Source: a virus (Duplodnaviria; Heunggongvirae; Uroviricota; Caudoviricetes). Taken from it: 34,867 nucleotides of DNA. A program made the translations under genes and the position numbers. Below are positions 1 to 8,600 of the stretch, in pieces. The notes under the pieces were generated by a model. It saw only the letters and a program-made list of their open reading frames with translations, made no database searches and had not been told where the DNA came from. Location of the stretch: the IMG/VR virus record IMGVR_UViG_2684622580_000006; one strand, 5' to 3'. Each line of letters opens with the position of its first letter. The stretch's first letter is position 1.

Positions 1-70
<70 letters not shown>

Positions 71-114
71 TGATAAGCGTAGCGCATCAGGCTATTTTGC
101 ATTTGTCATCAGCC

Positions 115-143
115 GCCGTCACCCCGACAGTATCGGGGTGACG
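115..143. other. Perfect 12-bp stem / 5-nt loop hairpin just 3' of the ybiT stop (REP-like or terminator-like)
   Basis: ccgtcaccccga-cagta-tcggggtgacgg is a perfect inverted repeat; no clear U-tract on either side. Confidence 0.3.
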
Positions 144-152
144 GATAATCAC

Positions 153-1745
153 TTACTCGATCCCTTTACTACGCAGGTAATCTTCGTAATTACCGCTAAA
201 GTCGATCACGCGTTCCGGGGTGATTTCCAGAATGCGGGTCGCCAGGGAGCTTACGAACTCACGGTCGTGTGAAACAAAGATCAGCGTGCCCTGATACAGT
301 TCCAGCGCCATGTTCAGTGACTCGATGGATTCCATATCCAGGTGGTTGGTCGGTTCGTCCATGATCAGAATGTTCGGCTTCTGCATCATTAACTTACCAA
401 ACAGCATCCGCCCTTTTTCCCCACCGGAAAGCACTTTAGCTGGCTTTTTGATGTCGTCCTGGCTGAACAGCAAACGACCGAGAATGCTGCGTACCGCCTG
501 CTCGTCATCGCCTTCCTGCTTCCACTGACTCATCCATTCGAACACGGTCAGATCATTTTCAAACTCATATTCGTGGTCCTGGGCGTAGTAACCAATGCGC
601 GCGTTTTCAGACCATTTTACGGTGCCGCTGTCCGGTTGCAGATCGCCCACCAGCGTTTTCAGCAGCGTTGATTTACCGACGCCGTTGGTACCCAGTACCG
701 CAAGTTTTTCACCGACCTCCAGCAGCAGGTTGAGATTTTTAAACAGTGGACCGTTATCAAACCCTTTGGTCAGACCTTCCACTTCCAGCGCGTTACGGAA
801 CAGTTTCTTATCCTGTTCAAAACGGATGAACGGGTTCTGACGGCTGGAGGCTTTCACCTCTTCCAGTTTGATTTTATCAATCTGGCGCGCGCGCGAAGTT
901 GCCTGGCGAGATTTCGAGGCGTTGGCGCTAAAGCGGCTAACGAAAGATTGCAACTCAGCAATCTGCGCTTTCTTCTTGGCGTTATCGGCCAGCAGACGTT
1001 CACGCGCCTGGGTCGCCGCCGTCATGTACTCATCGTAGTTACCCGGATAAACGCGCAGCTCGCCGTAATCCAGATCCGCCATGTGGGTACAGACCATGTT
1101 AAGGAAGTGACGGTCGTGCGAGATGATGATCATGGTGCTGTCACGCTCGTTCAGCACCTGTTCCAGCCAGCGAATGGTGTCGATGTCGAGGTTGTTGGTC
1201 GGTTCGTCGAGCAGGAGAATATCCGGATCAGCAAACAGCGCCTGCGCCAGAAGCACACGCAGCTTCCAGCCAGGAGCAACTTCACTCATCGGGCCGTAGT
1301 GCTGTTCCACTGGAATTCCCACGCCAAGCAACAGTTCACCGGCGCGAGCTTCCGCAGAGTAACCGTCCATTTCGCCGTATTTCACTTCCAGATCGGCCAC
1401 TTTATAGCCGTCTTCTTCACTCATTTCCGGCAAAGCATAGATGCGGTCGCGCTCCTGCTTCACTTCCCACAACTCTTTATGCCCCATGATCACCGTATCC
1501 AGCACAGTGAACTCTTCAAAGGCAAACTGATCCTGACGCAGCTTACCAATGCGCTCGTTGGGATCGAGGGAAACGTTACCCAGCGTCGGCTCAAGGTCGC
1601 CGCCGAGAATCTTCATAAAGGTGGATTTACCACTACCGTTCGCGCCAATCAGGCCGTAACGGTTGCCGCCGCCGAATTTGACGGAAATGTTTTCAAACAA
1701 CGGCTTACTGCCGAACTGCATGGTGATATTGTTGCTAAGAAGCAA
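153..1745 (-). CDS. ybiT: ABC-F family ATPase (YbiT-like), host chromosomal gene
   Basis: 530 aa with two ABC cassettes: Walker [10 protein letters not shown] and GTNGVGKST, signature LSGGE, Walker [12 protein letters not shown] / [12 protein letters not shown]; sequence matches my recollection of E. coli YbiT except the first ~8 residues; GC-rich unlike the rest of the window; reported ORF begins with TTG. Confidence 0.9.
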   Translation of the reverse strand: MLLSNNITMQFGSKPLFENISVKFGGGNRYGLIGANGSGKSTFMKILGGDLEPTLGNVSLDPNERIGKLRQDQFAFEEFTVLDTVIMGHKELWEVKQERDRIYALPEMSEEDGYKVADLEVKYGEMDGYSAEARAGELLLGVGIPVEQHYGPMSEVAPGWKLRVLLAQALFADPDILLLDEPTNNLDIDTIRWLEQVLNERDSTMIIISHDRHFLNMVCTHMADLDYGELRVYPGNYDEYMTAATQARERLLADNAKKKAQIAELQSFVSRFSANASKSRQATSRARQIDKIKLEEVKASSRQNPFIRFEQDKKLFRNALEVEGLTKGFDNGPLFKNLNLLLEVGEKLAVLGTNGVGKSTLLKTLVGDLQPDSGTVKWSENARIGYYAQDHEYEFENDLTVFEWMSQWKQEGDDEQAVRSILGRLLFSQDDIKKPAKVLSGGEKGRMLFGKLMMQKPNILIMDEPTNHLDMESIESLNMALELYQGTLIFVSHDREFVSSLATRILEITPERVIDFSGNYEDYLRSKGIE

Positions 1746-1790
1746 AATTGATACTCTCTGCTAAGTGATTGAAAGGATTAGATTATGCAA
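1715..1790. other. Candidate attL / host-prophage junction overlapping the 5' end of ybiT
   Basis: Abrupt GC-rich to AT-rich transition around 1720-1745; only 39 bp separate the ybiT start from the serine recombinase start; small palindrome ttgctaagaagcaa (1731-1744) and a second tgctaag at 1760-1766. Confidence 0.3.
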
Positions 1791-3290
1791 AAGCAAAACG
1801 GGTTAGCTTACTCATACATACGATTTTCGAGCAAGAAACAAGAACAAGGGGACTCAGTAAGACGACAGACTGAACTTGCTGAAAAATACGCTTCATCGAA
1901 CAATCTTACACTATCTGAAAAGAACTTTCAGGATCTGGGGATCTCAGCGTTCAAAGAAGGAAACAGACCTTCACTCGGTGACATGCTTTCTGCTATCGAG
2001 CAAGGAGCAATCGAATCAGGCAGCACGATAATCATCGAATCACTTGATCGCTTGAGTCGTCGGGGTATCGATGTGACTCAACAGATAATCAAGTCAATCT
2101 TACAACACAACGTCTTTATAGCGAGCCTGACAGACGGTCTGTTACTCAATAGAGAATCAGTTAACGACCTTGTAAGCGTGATTAGAATCGCTCTGGCTGC
2201 TGACCTTGCGCATAAAGAATCGGAGAAGAAATCACAGCGTTTGCGTGAGACAAAACAGCAACAAAGAAAAGCTGCTCTTGAGGGTAAAGTAATCAACAAA
2301 ATACTGCCTTTCTGGTTATCAAGAGAAAAAGACCAGTTTGTTTTCTCTGACAGATTTGACGCAGTGAAAAGAATTATCGAACTAAAGAAAAAGGGACTTG
2401 GGACAAATAAAATAGCTAAGACATTAAACGATGAAGGATTTAAACCATTGCGTTCTGCTGGCTGGAATCATACAACTGTTGGTAAAACTCTAAGTTCAGT
2501 TGCTTTATACGGTGCTTATCAAACATCAGAAACGACGAAAGATAGAAAAGTTATTCTGTTGGATATTATCGATAATTATTATCCAGCAGTAATTAGCAAA
2601 GAAGATTGGATGTTATTACAATCAGACGCAAAGCAGAATAAACCGGGGTATAAGTCAGACAAAAATGCTTTCACAGGGTTATTAAAGCACTCTTGCGGAG
2701 GTGCGTTAGTCAGAAAATTCCATGTTGTTACTGGTAAAACGTATCAATACCATGTTTGTGCTAATGCTCGCGATGGTAAATGCACCGTTACGCAGAATTT
2801 TAAAAACATGGAGATTGCTCTTTATAAAATCTTAAAGCACTTAAAGATGGAGAAGAAAACCTCTGTTGATGCGACAATTGCACAAGAACGCGCTCAATTA
2901 AAAGAGCAAATCGACAACTTGAACGGAATGCTTCTAACAATGAAAAAAGTTCCTATGAGTGTTCTTGAGACAATCGGCAATCTTGAGGAAAAGTTACAGG
3001 AACTCGACCAGCAGTTTAAACAACAATCTGATATGGTATTAGCTGAACAATCAGTCGATTTCAACCTCCTGTCGGAAATCAAAGATCCTATCGAATTAAA
3101 CATGATGCTTAAACGAGTTATAAAAGAAATCACGGTATTTAATCTTAAAAAATCTTGGCGAATAAAAGTTCAGTATCTGAATGGTCATTCTCAGAGTTTC
3201 CGATGGGATGGATATAGTATGAGTTTTGTTTCTGACAGCAAAAAACTACTGGAATACATGAACGCTGAGAAAGAGCAATTGGATAACTAA
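1785..3290 (+). CDS. Large serine recombinase (phage integrase, serine type)
   Basis: N-terminal resolvase-like catalytic domain with the serine motif AYSYIRFSSKKQ...RQ; Cys cluster HSCGG...YHVCANARDGKC (zinc ribbon) and C-terminal coiled coil typical of large serine integrases; sits at the element boundary. Confidence 0.85.
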   Translation: MQKQNGLAYSYIRFSSKKQEQGDSVRRQTELAEKYASSNNLTLSEKNFQDLGISAFKEGNRPSLGDMLSAIEQGAIESGSTIIIESLDRLSRRGIDVTQQIIKSILQHNVFIASLTDGLLLNRESVNDLVSVIRIALAADLAHKESEKKSQRLRETKQQQRKAALEGKVINKILPFWLSREKDQFVFSDRFDAVKRIIELKKKGLGTNKIAKTLNDEGFKPLRSAGWNHTTVGKTLSSVALYGAYQTSETTKDRKVILLDIIDNYYPAVISKEDWMLLQSDAKQNKPGYKSDKNAFTGLLKHSCGGALVRKFHVVTGKTYQYHVCANARDGKCTVTQNFKNMEIALYKILKHLKMEKKTSVDATIAQERAQLKEQIDNLNGMLLTMKKVPMSVLETIGNLEEKLQELDQQFKQQSDMVLAEQSVDFNLLSEIKDPIELNMMLKRVIKEITVFNLKKSWRIKVQYLNGHSQSFRWDGYSMSFVSDSKKLLEYMNAEKEQLDN

Positions 3291-3399
3291 CTACAACCAT
3301 AAATGTAACAATACGTATTGCATTTAACTAAATGTTAACCACATTAATATTTTACGTAGCATCCTTGACAAGCTAACATAAGAAAAAATCAGAACTTCG

Positions 3400-3408
3400 T
3401 GTTTTAAT
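3400..3408 (+). promoter_or_regulatory. Possible extended -10 promoter (TGtTTTAAT) for the 3449 gene
   Basis: TGnTTTAAT about 40 nt upstream of the ATG; AAGGAA Shine-Dalgarno precedes the start; a TTGACA hexamer at 3365-3370 is badly spaced. Confidence 0.25.
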
Positions 3409-3448
3409 CTATTGAGTTTCTTACTCATTAACTTCAAAAGGAATCGAA

Positions 3449-4186
3449 ATGAAATTACCAATTGTTGATGTATTTGAGAACCCATACGAATCCTGGACCT
3501 ACAGAAATGCCAGTCAGGAAGAAATGATGGCTGTCTACAGGGCTACTGGCAAATTTGAAACTCATATCAAAGATAAACTGATTGCAAAAATTAAAAATCA
3601 TTTAGATGCAGCAAAACACATGGCAAAAAGAGGTTCGGATAATGGATTAGAGAATTTCATTGACCGATATCTTGACAATAGCGTCAATTATAAAGAACTA
3701 AGACGCGCTATGCCTTCAAAAACTCCAAAAGTGTTATTTGACTATCAACAAAAATATCCTAATTACTCAGTAACCGAGGTGGATAAAGAAATCAATAGCA
3801 TCGGTCATACACTAAGCGAAGGTCAATATCTTTTTCATGGTGGTGCATGGGTAAATGGAGCATCAAATCAATTCAAATTAACAGCACCACTTTCAACAAG
3901 TTTTTGTCCTCAAGTTGCATTAAGAAATGCTGAATGGAGAGGGAAAGCATATGATAACAATAAAATAGAGTTATTTGTATTACATACAGTGAATCCTATC
4001 ACTAATGTTTTTGCTTTTCCTAGAAAGAATGCAAGTATGGGAAATGAAAAAGAGATTCTTTTTGCATCAGGGGCGACCCTGATTAGGCGAGCCACTCATT
4101 TAATACGTGATGACTATCCGGCTGGAAAATATGAACATAAGGATAAAAAAATCCCAATCTATGTAGTAGAAGTTGACATTTCATAA
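3449..4186 (+). CDS. Hypothetical protein (cargo gene next to the integrase); weak STS...ExE pattern
   Basis: 245 aa ORF with a good SD; contains PLSTSF and NEKEILF spaced as in R-S-E ADP-ribosyltransferases, but the Arg motif is not convincing (FHGG instead). Confidence 0.6.
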   Translation: MKLPIVDVFENPYESWTYRNASQEEMMAVYRATGKFETHIKDKLIAKIKNHLDAAKHMAKRGSDNGLENFIDRYLDNSVNYKELRRAMPSKTPKVLFDYQQKYPNYSVTEVDKEINSIGHTLSEGQYLFHGGAWVNGASNQFKLTAPLSTSFCPQVALRNAEWRGKAYDNNKIELFVLHTVNPITNVFAFPRKNASMGNEKEILFASGATLIRRATHLIRDDYPAGKYEHKDKKIPIYVVEVDIS

Positions 4187-4197
4187 TACAATTCATG

Positions 4198-4220
4198 AGG
4201 GAGTTGTTGCTCCCTTATTT
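4198..4220. terminator. Bidirectional intrinsic terminator between convergent genes
   Basis: agggag-ttgttg-ctccct hairpin followed by tatttt; lies between the stop at 4186 (+) and the stop at 4215 (-). Confidence 0.5.
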
Positions 4221-4862
4221 TACGCTCGTCCACTTAGATTCTGAGTTCCATTTACCGATTCGAGAAAAAAACGTATCTTGTTCATTTCCTTTATAACTAC
4301 GATGAACACCATCAGAAGCGTGATTTCTTGCCGATTTCTCAAGAACCTCCCAGATTGAGTTCATAACAGCTTCGGTTTCGTTTTTAGATTCATTATCATC
4401 GTATTCGATATTAACTGTTAATTTATCCATAGAACCAGTAAACAGATTAAAACTCTCTGTTAGACTGCCAGTATTCGGATTCAGAAAACAAATATCAATT
4501 TTAACGTCTGCTCTGTTCAAAGCTTTTGTTCGAATCAAGTTAATATATTCTTTTCGGATATTAGCCAGCTTAACGGTCATACCGATGTTGCTAATTTCTT
4601 TTTCTTCGCTGATTGAACTGATATCAGTAAAGTCACCAGCGGCAATATAATTTTTACCTTGATATTGCAAGTCGTAATAAGCATCAGTTAACAACAGTTC
4701 TGCGCCGTTATGCATCTTAATCTGAACAAGATGAAACAACGTGCCAACACTGAACAACTGACCAGTAGTCAGTTCAGTATAAGCAGTGCCGTTAAAATCG
4801 TTATACGCTTCGATGAAGTCGGGGTCTTTTCTCAGTCTGTTAAATTGGTCTTTTACTGACAT
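4215..4862 (-). CDS. Hypothetical protein (second gene of a minus-strand pair)
   Basis: 215 aa ORF; start overlaps the upstream gene stop by 1 nt (translational coupling); no motif I recognise. Confidence 0.6.
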   Translation of the reverse strand: MSVKDQFNRLRKDPDFIEAYNDFNGTAYTELTTGQLFSVGTLFHLVQIKMHNGAELLLTDAYYDLQYQGKNYIAAGDFTDISSISEEKEISNIGMTVKLANIRKEYINLIRTKALNRADVKIDICFLNPNTGSLTESFNLFTGSMDKLTVNIEYDDNESKNETEAVMNSIWEVLEKSARNHASDGVHRSYKGNEQDTFFSRIGKWNSESKWTSVK

Positions 4863-5437
4863 TACACCACCTCTGTTGCAGTGAGTTTAATATTTGAAAT
4901 TGATGCTAAGTCTAACGGGATAGTATCGTTCGTTAGGATGAATCGTCCTTTTGTTCCTCTGTAACTGACAGTTTCACCAGCTTGAACGTTCTGCAACAGA
5001 TTCGGAAATAGTTTCATCTCTCCACCTGCTTTGACATCCTCCGTCACGGTGTACAGCTTGGAGTGATTCTGAAACTGAACAAGTGCTCCCGCTTCTAAAG
5101 TATCTGCAAAGCTGTTCAGAGTGACCTTACGCGCTCCTTTGTTAGCTGTAACAGATGCTTGGATAAGTCCCTGAGCCGAGCCTTTATAGTCAGTCAAGTA
5201 GCTTAACGGAAAGTCAAACGGTTGACCTTGTTGATGCATCGCGATAAAGCGTTGAACGTGTCTTGTGTCCTGCGACATATAATTCACAGTGAAATTCAAT
5301 TCGAAATATTGAACGCCTGTATAACGTTTCTGAAAACGTCCTGATACTGCTCTGTTAGAGAAAAACGGAGCATTTGATTTAAGCTGAACATCGGTCAGCC
5401 TAACGTCTGTGTCTAATAGATTCATAAGTCCTCTCAT
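4862..5437 (-). CDS. Hypothetical protein (first gene of a minus-strand pair; start may be the internal Met at 5425)
   Basis: 191 aa ORF; AGAGGA precedes the ATG of MNLLDTD at 5425, whereas the ATG at 5437 has no SD. Confidence 0.6.
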   Translation of the reverse strand: MRGLMNLLDTDVRLTDVQLKSNAPFFSNRAVSGRFQKRYTGVQYFELNFTVNYMSQDTRHVQRFIAMHQQGQPFDFPLSYLTDYKGSAQGLIQASVTANKGARKVTLNSFADTLEAGALVQFQNHSKLYTVTEDVKAGGEMKLFPNLLQNVQAGETVSYRGTKGRFILTNDTIPLDLASISNIKLTATEVV

Positions 5438-5470
5438 AAATAAGATTTTAACTATATTTATGAGGCCAAT

Positions 5471-5956
5471 ATGGAACTAAACGCAATGCTTCGTTATGAC
5501 GAAGGCGAAAAACTCACGATGTATAAAGACACAGAAGGATATTTCACAATCGGTGTCGGACACTTGATTACAAAAAATCCATCAAGAGACTACGCTTTGA
5601 AAGAACTTGATAAAGCTGTTGGTCATCCTTGTTATGGATATATCACAGCGAAAAAATCTGATCAGTTACTGAATATTGATGTTAACTCAACTCTGCGTCA
5701 GCTTAGTAAAACAGAACTGCATCCAGCTTATATCAGAATCGATACAGCCAGGCGTTCAGCGTTAATCAATATGTGTTTTCAACTCGGCGTTTCTGGCGTA
5801 TGTCAGTTCAAGAAATTCTTGGGATACATGGCTGTTGGAGATTATCAAAATGCGGCTGATGAAGCTTTAGACTCAAGATGGGCACGTCAGACTCCTAATA
5901 GAGCAAAACGTGTAACTGATGTTATTAGATATGGCGATTTCAGAAGTTATAATTAA
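5471..5956 (+). CDS. T4-type lysozyme (endolysin, glycoside hydrolase family 24)
   Basis: 161 aa; N-terminus MLRYDEGEKLTMYKDTEGYFTIGVGH aligns to T4 lysozyme [26 protein letters not shown] with catalytic E11, D20, T26 conserved; C-terminal RWARQTPNRAKRV also matches. Confidence 0.9.
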   Translation: MELNAMLRYDEGEKLTMYKDTEGYFTIGVGHLITKNPSRDYALKELDKAVGHPCYGYITAKKSDQLLNIDVNSTLRQLSKTELHPAYIRIDTARRSALINMCFQLGVSGVCQFKKFLGYMAVGDYQNAADEALDSRWARQTPNRAKRVTDVIRYGDFRSYN

Positions 5957-6000
5957 AAATTTATATTATCTAATTTGAACAGCATCAAGTTGATGAATCG

Positions 6001-6038
6001 GACTAAGCAGATATGTAATTAACACCATCAGCTTAGTC
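6001..6038. promoter_or_regulatory. Operator-like inverted repeat GACTAAGC-N22-GCTTAGTC just upstream of the -10 element
   Basis: Perfect 8-bp inverted repeat at 6001-6008 and 6031-6038; a third half-site GACTAAGCA at 6248-6256 in the leader. Confidence 0.35.
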
Positions 6039-6049
6039 TACATATAGCT

Positions 6050-6058
6050 TGTTATAAT
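6050..6058 (+). promoter_or_regulatory. Extended -10 sigma70-type promoter (TGtTATAAT)
   Basis: Perfect TATAAT at 6053-6058 preceded by TG at 6050-6051; about 250 nt upstream of the 6310 ORF. Confidence 0.45.
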
Positions 6059-6309
6059 TTTTTACGACTCAACGAAGTCTTGTTAGGATAATGTAAACAA
6101 ATCCGTTTTTTTAGATGTGAGTAATATTAGCAATGTTCATCTTAGAATGTGATATCGAAGGAAACTCGAAAATGATAATAGCTTTACACTATTGAGAAAA
6201 TTTGGTTGAGGCTTCAAAATAGAGCATTCATACGTGATCAATAGCCAGACTAAGCAAGCAACAGCTAAACCCCGTAACGTACTGATTAAATTGATAATTG
6301 AAGGTGCAT

Positions 6310-6597
6310 ATGTTAAAAGTTACTGGTCTTGATAAGCTTCAGAAAGAACTCAAGGATGCAAAGCGTATACTGAGTGAGCTGGATGGCGAGCTAGGAGTCG
6401 TAAAGTTTAACCCTAACGACCCTGCTAGCATCGAGTCGGCAATTCAAACAGTTAATCACATGATTGATGAACGCATTGGCGGATGTTCAACCAACTCCAT
6501 AGTCGGCTCGCTTGCGCAGCAGATGAAGGAAACATACAGAGAAGGCATTCTTAAAAAAGCTGCCGAAGCCAGATTGACTTCAAGTGAGGATGAGTAA
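6310..6597 (+). CDS. Small protein (95 aa), first gene of a two-gene cargo operon
   Basis: ATG at 6310 preceded by GAAGGTG; the track ORF starts at TTG 6298; stop overlaps the next ATG by 1 nt (TAATG). Confidence 0.6.
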   Translation: MLKVTGLDKLQKELKDAKRILSELDGELGVVKFNPNDPASIESAIQTVNHMIDERIGGCSTNSIVGSLAQQMKETYREGILKKAAEARLTSSEDE

Positions 6598-7493
6598 TGG
6601 CTCAAGATATTTTTTCTGAAATGAACAATGCTGTTCTGGATTTACAGGCTTCACAATACCAGACCTTTGAACGTCCACTCAAAAAGCTTGCTCAGCTTCT
6701 AAAACATTCCGATCTTGAATCATACAATGCAGACCTGACTGAAGGACTCAATCTTACAGAGTTTCTCGCAGAAAGTGAGAAGACTGGAGGAAGTATGGCT
6801 GGGAGTGCCCAGCTTGTCTGGCCAGATGATGCAAGAAAAACACTAGGCCTTACATTACTTTTGATTTTTAAGTTAGCAGAAGATCCTAATTATGCAATCA
6901 ACTTTGGACATCATTTTTTCTATTCCGGAAGTAAAGTTATAGCAGGCATTCATTCGATTACAGGACAACTTATCATTCCTTTCGTTAGAGATTACAAAAA
7001 TTATGTTCAGTCTAAGGGAAGCACAGAAACTATGTTGAAGCCGCAGTTTTCGAACAAAGTTTTCATTGTTCATGGTCATGATGATGGCGCCCGTGAAACA
7101 GTCGCAAGGTTTCTTGAACGTATAGGTTTAGAAGCAATCATATTACATGAGCAAGCTAATCAGGGACGAACTGTCATTGAGAAAGTTATAGCAAATAGTG
7201 ATGTTGGATTTGCTGTTGTATTGCTAACACCAGATGATGAAGGTTGTGCTAAAGGAGGAATACCAGAACCAAGGGCAAGGCAGAATGTAATGCTAGAATT
7301 AGGATATTTTATCGGGCGTTTAGGCAGAGAGAAAGTATGTGCACTAAAACGCGGCTCACTAGATATTCCAAGTGATTTTGCTGGGGTTGTTTGGGAAAAT
7401 ATGGATAGCAGTGGAGGCTGGAAGCAAGCACTCGCACGAGAACTTGAAGCTGCTGGTCACAATATTGATTGGAATAAAGCAATGCGGAGTTGA
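6597..7493 (+). CDS. Protein with a C-terminal TIR-like nucleotide-binding domain (COG4271 / PF10137-like); candidate defence effector
   Basis: C-terminal segment KVFIVHGHDDGARETVARFLERIGLEAIILHEQANQGRTVIEKVIANSDVGFAVVLLTPDDEG matches the consensus I remember for the 'predicted nucleotide-binding protein containing TIR-like domain' family; the N-terminal ~150 aa are unrecognised. Confidence 0.55.
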   Translation: MAQDIFSEMNNAVLDLQASQYQTFERPLKKLAQLLKHSDLESYNADLTEGLNLTEFLAESEKTGGSMAGSAQLVWPDDARKTLGLTLLLIFKLAEDPNYAINFGHHFFYSGSKVIAGIHSITGQLIIPFVRDYKNYVQSKGSTETMLKPQFSNKVFIVHGHDDGARETVARFLERIGLEAIILHEQANQGRTVIEKVIANSDVGFAVVLLTPDDEGCAKGGIPEPRARQNVMLELGYFIGRLGREKVCALKRGSLDIPSDFAGVVWENMDSSGGWKQALARELEAAGHNIDWNKAMRS

Positions 7494-7832
7494 TTTTATA
7501 TAGCTCCATTTTTAGCGATACTGGCGTTTCATCGACAATTAAAAATTTGGCTGCTGATTAGCCTAAAACGCAGCCAAATATAAATCATTAATGATATTGC
7601 TTAAATAAGTTTTAACGACTCATCTTCAGCGCCCCCCTCTAACAAAAAATAATAGTTACTCTGGGACTTCTGAAACACCGAGATGTTTCGAACGCTCAGC
7701 TTTTTTCTCGCGAGTGAAAATCCAAATCGTGTTCAGTTCATCATCGATAGACAGGAACTATCCCGAATTCCTCCCGCTGTAGAGATAAATACAGAGATAA
7801 ACCCTTATTCCCTCTACACTTGGAGATATTTA

Positions 7833-8372
7833 ATGGCTCGTAAAACTTATGTAAGCATGACTGAAATGGCTAAACGTTATGGTTATAGCCTCAACGCTAT
7901 CAAGAGCTGGCGTGCAGAAGGACTGCCCTACTCTGATAATCCTTCTGGTATTCCAGAAGACGAAGGCACTTTATGGATTGTTCAGAACAAAATTAACCCA
8001 ATGCGAAATATGTCCATCAAGGACGAATTCGAACGAGAAAAACTCCGTGAACAGGTGGCTAAAGCTGACTTGGCAACTTATGCAGCACAAGAAAAATCTG
8101 GTGAATTAATACCAGTGGATTATGTTCAAGCTGAGTTGAACCGTTTTTGTTCGCAACTGAAAGACAAAATCAGATTAATTCCGAAACAACACGCTTTGGA
8201 GATTCTTGAATCTGCCGTTTCAGTTGAAGAACTTCGTGATTGTCTGAAAGAGAAAATCGACCAGACGTTACGTGAGGTTGACAGTTTGTTTGAAGAACCT
8301 CAGTTACAGGACAATTCCTCAGACGAGTACAAAGAAAAGACAGAGAATGATACTGAGATTGACCTTGATTAA
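7833..8372 (+). CDS. Terminase small subunit (lambda Nu1-like)
   Basis: From the ATG at 7833 (GGAG 7 nt upstream) the product is 179 aa; N-terminal wHTH MTEMAKRYGYSLNAIKSWRAEGLPY resembles Nu1 LADIFGASIRTIQNWQEQGMPV; EREKLREQV resembles Nu1 ENEKLRREV; the track ORF is extended to 7683. Confidence 0.65.
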   Translation: MARKTYVSMTEMAKRYGYSLNAIKSWRAEGLPYSDNPSGIPEDEGTLWIVQNKINPMRNMSIKDEFEREKLREQVAKADLATYAAQEKSGELIPVDYVQAELNRFCSQLKDKIRLIPKQHALEILESAVSVEELRDCLKEKIDQTLREVDSLFEEPQLQDNSSDEYKEKTENDTEIDLD

Positions 8373-8387
8373 GGGAGCATCGCTCCC
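8373..8387. terminator. Stem-loop gggagc-atc-gctccc right after the terS stop
   Basis: 6-bp GC-rich stem immediately after the stop at 8370-8372; weak U-tract; same stem sequence as the hairpins at 4198, 13232 and 13505. Confidence 0.35.
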
Positions 8388-8600
8388 TTATCGCACAGCA
8401 CTTTTGAAGATCTGTTTCAGACGGTTGATAGAGACACGATCTGGTGAAAGATGTCGGATTTGTATACCACAATATTTCATTACATCATGATTACAAAGGA
8501 TTTGATGGCAGTTGTAATGCGATTCAACGCGATGCATCACCGTGTCCGTTCTTTTCAAAGAGCATTTGCAGTTTGCACACTGATGGTCAAATTTTGTCAT
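8388..8600 (-). CDS. Small Cys/His-rich protein (about 70 aa), possible zinc-binding
   Basis: Minus-strand ORF; ATG at 8600 preceded by GAGGAAG; TATAAATA on the minus strand at 8622-8629; product has QCANCKC and HYNCHQILCNH clusters. Confidence 0.4.
   Translation of the reverse strand: MTKFDHQCANCKCSLKRTDTVMHRVESHYNCHQILCNHDVMKYCGIQIRHLSPDRVSINRLKQIFKSAVR

Noticed and set aside
310-1751. Plus-strand ORFs 310-528, 595-840 and 948-1751 overlapping ybiT
   Set aside because: They are antisense to a well-supported conserved ABC-F gene, have Ser/Arg-rich translations, and show no ribosome-binding sites; shadow ORFs
2078-3133. Minus-strand ORFs 2078-2299 and 2894-3133 inside the integrase gene
   Set aside because: Antisense to the serine recombinase ORF; Cys/Ser-rich low-complexity translations typical of shadow frames
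7683-7832. Long upstream extension of the terS ORF (track start 7683)
   Set aside because: The extension has no SD, whereas the ATG at 7833 has GGAG at the right spacing and gives a Nu1-sized product beginning at the HTH
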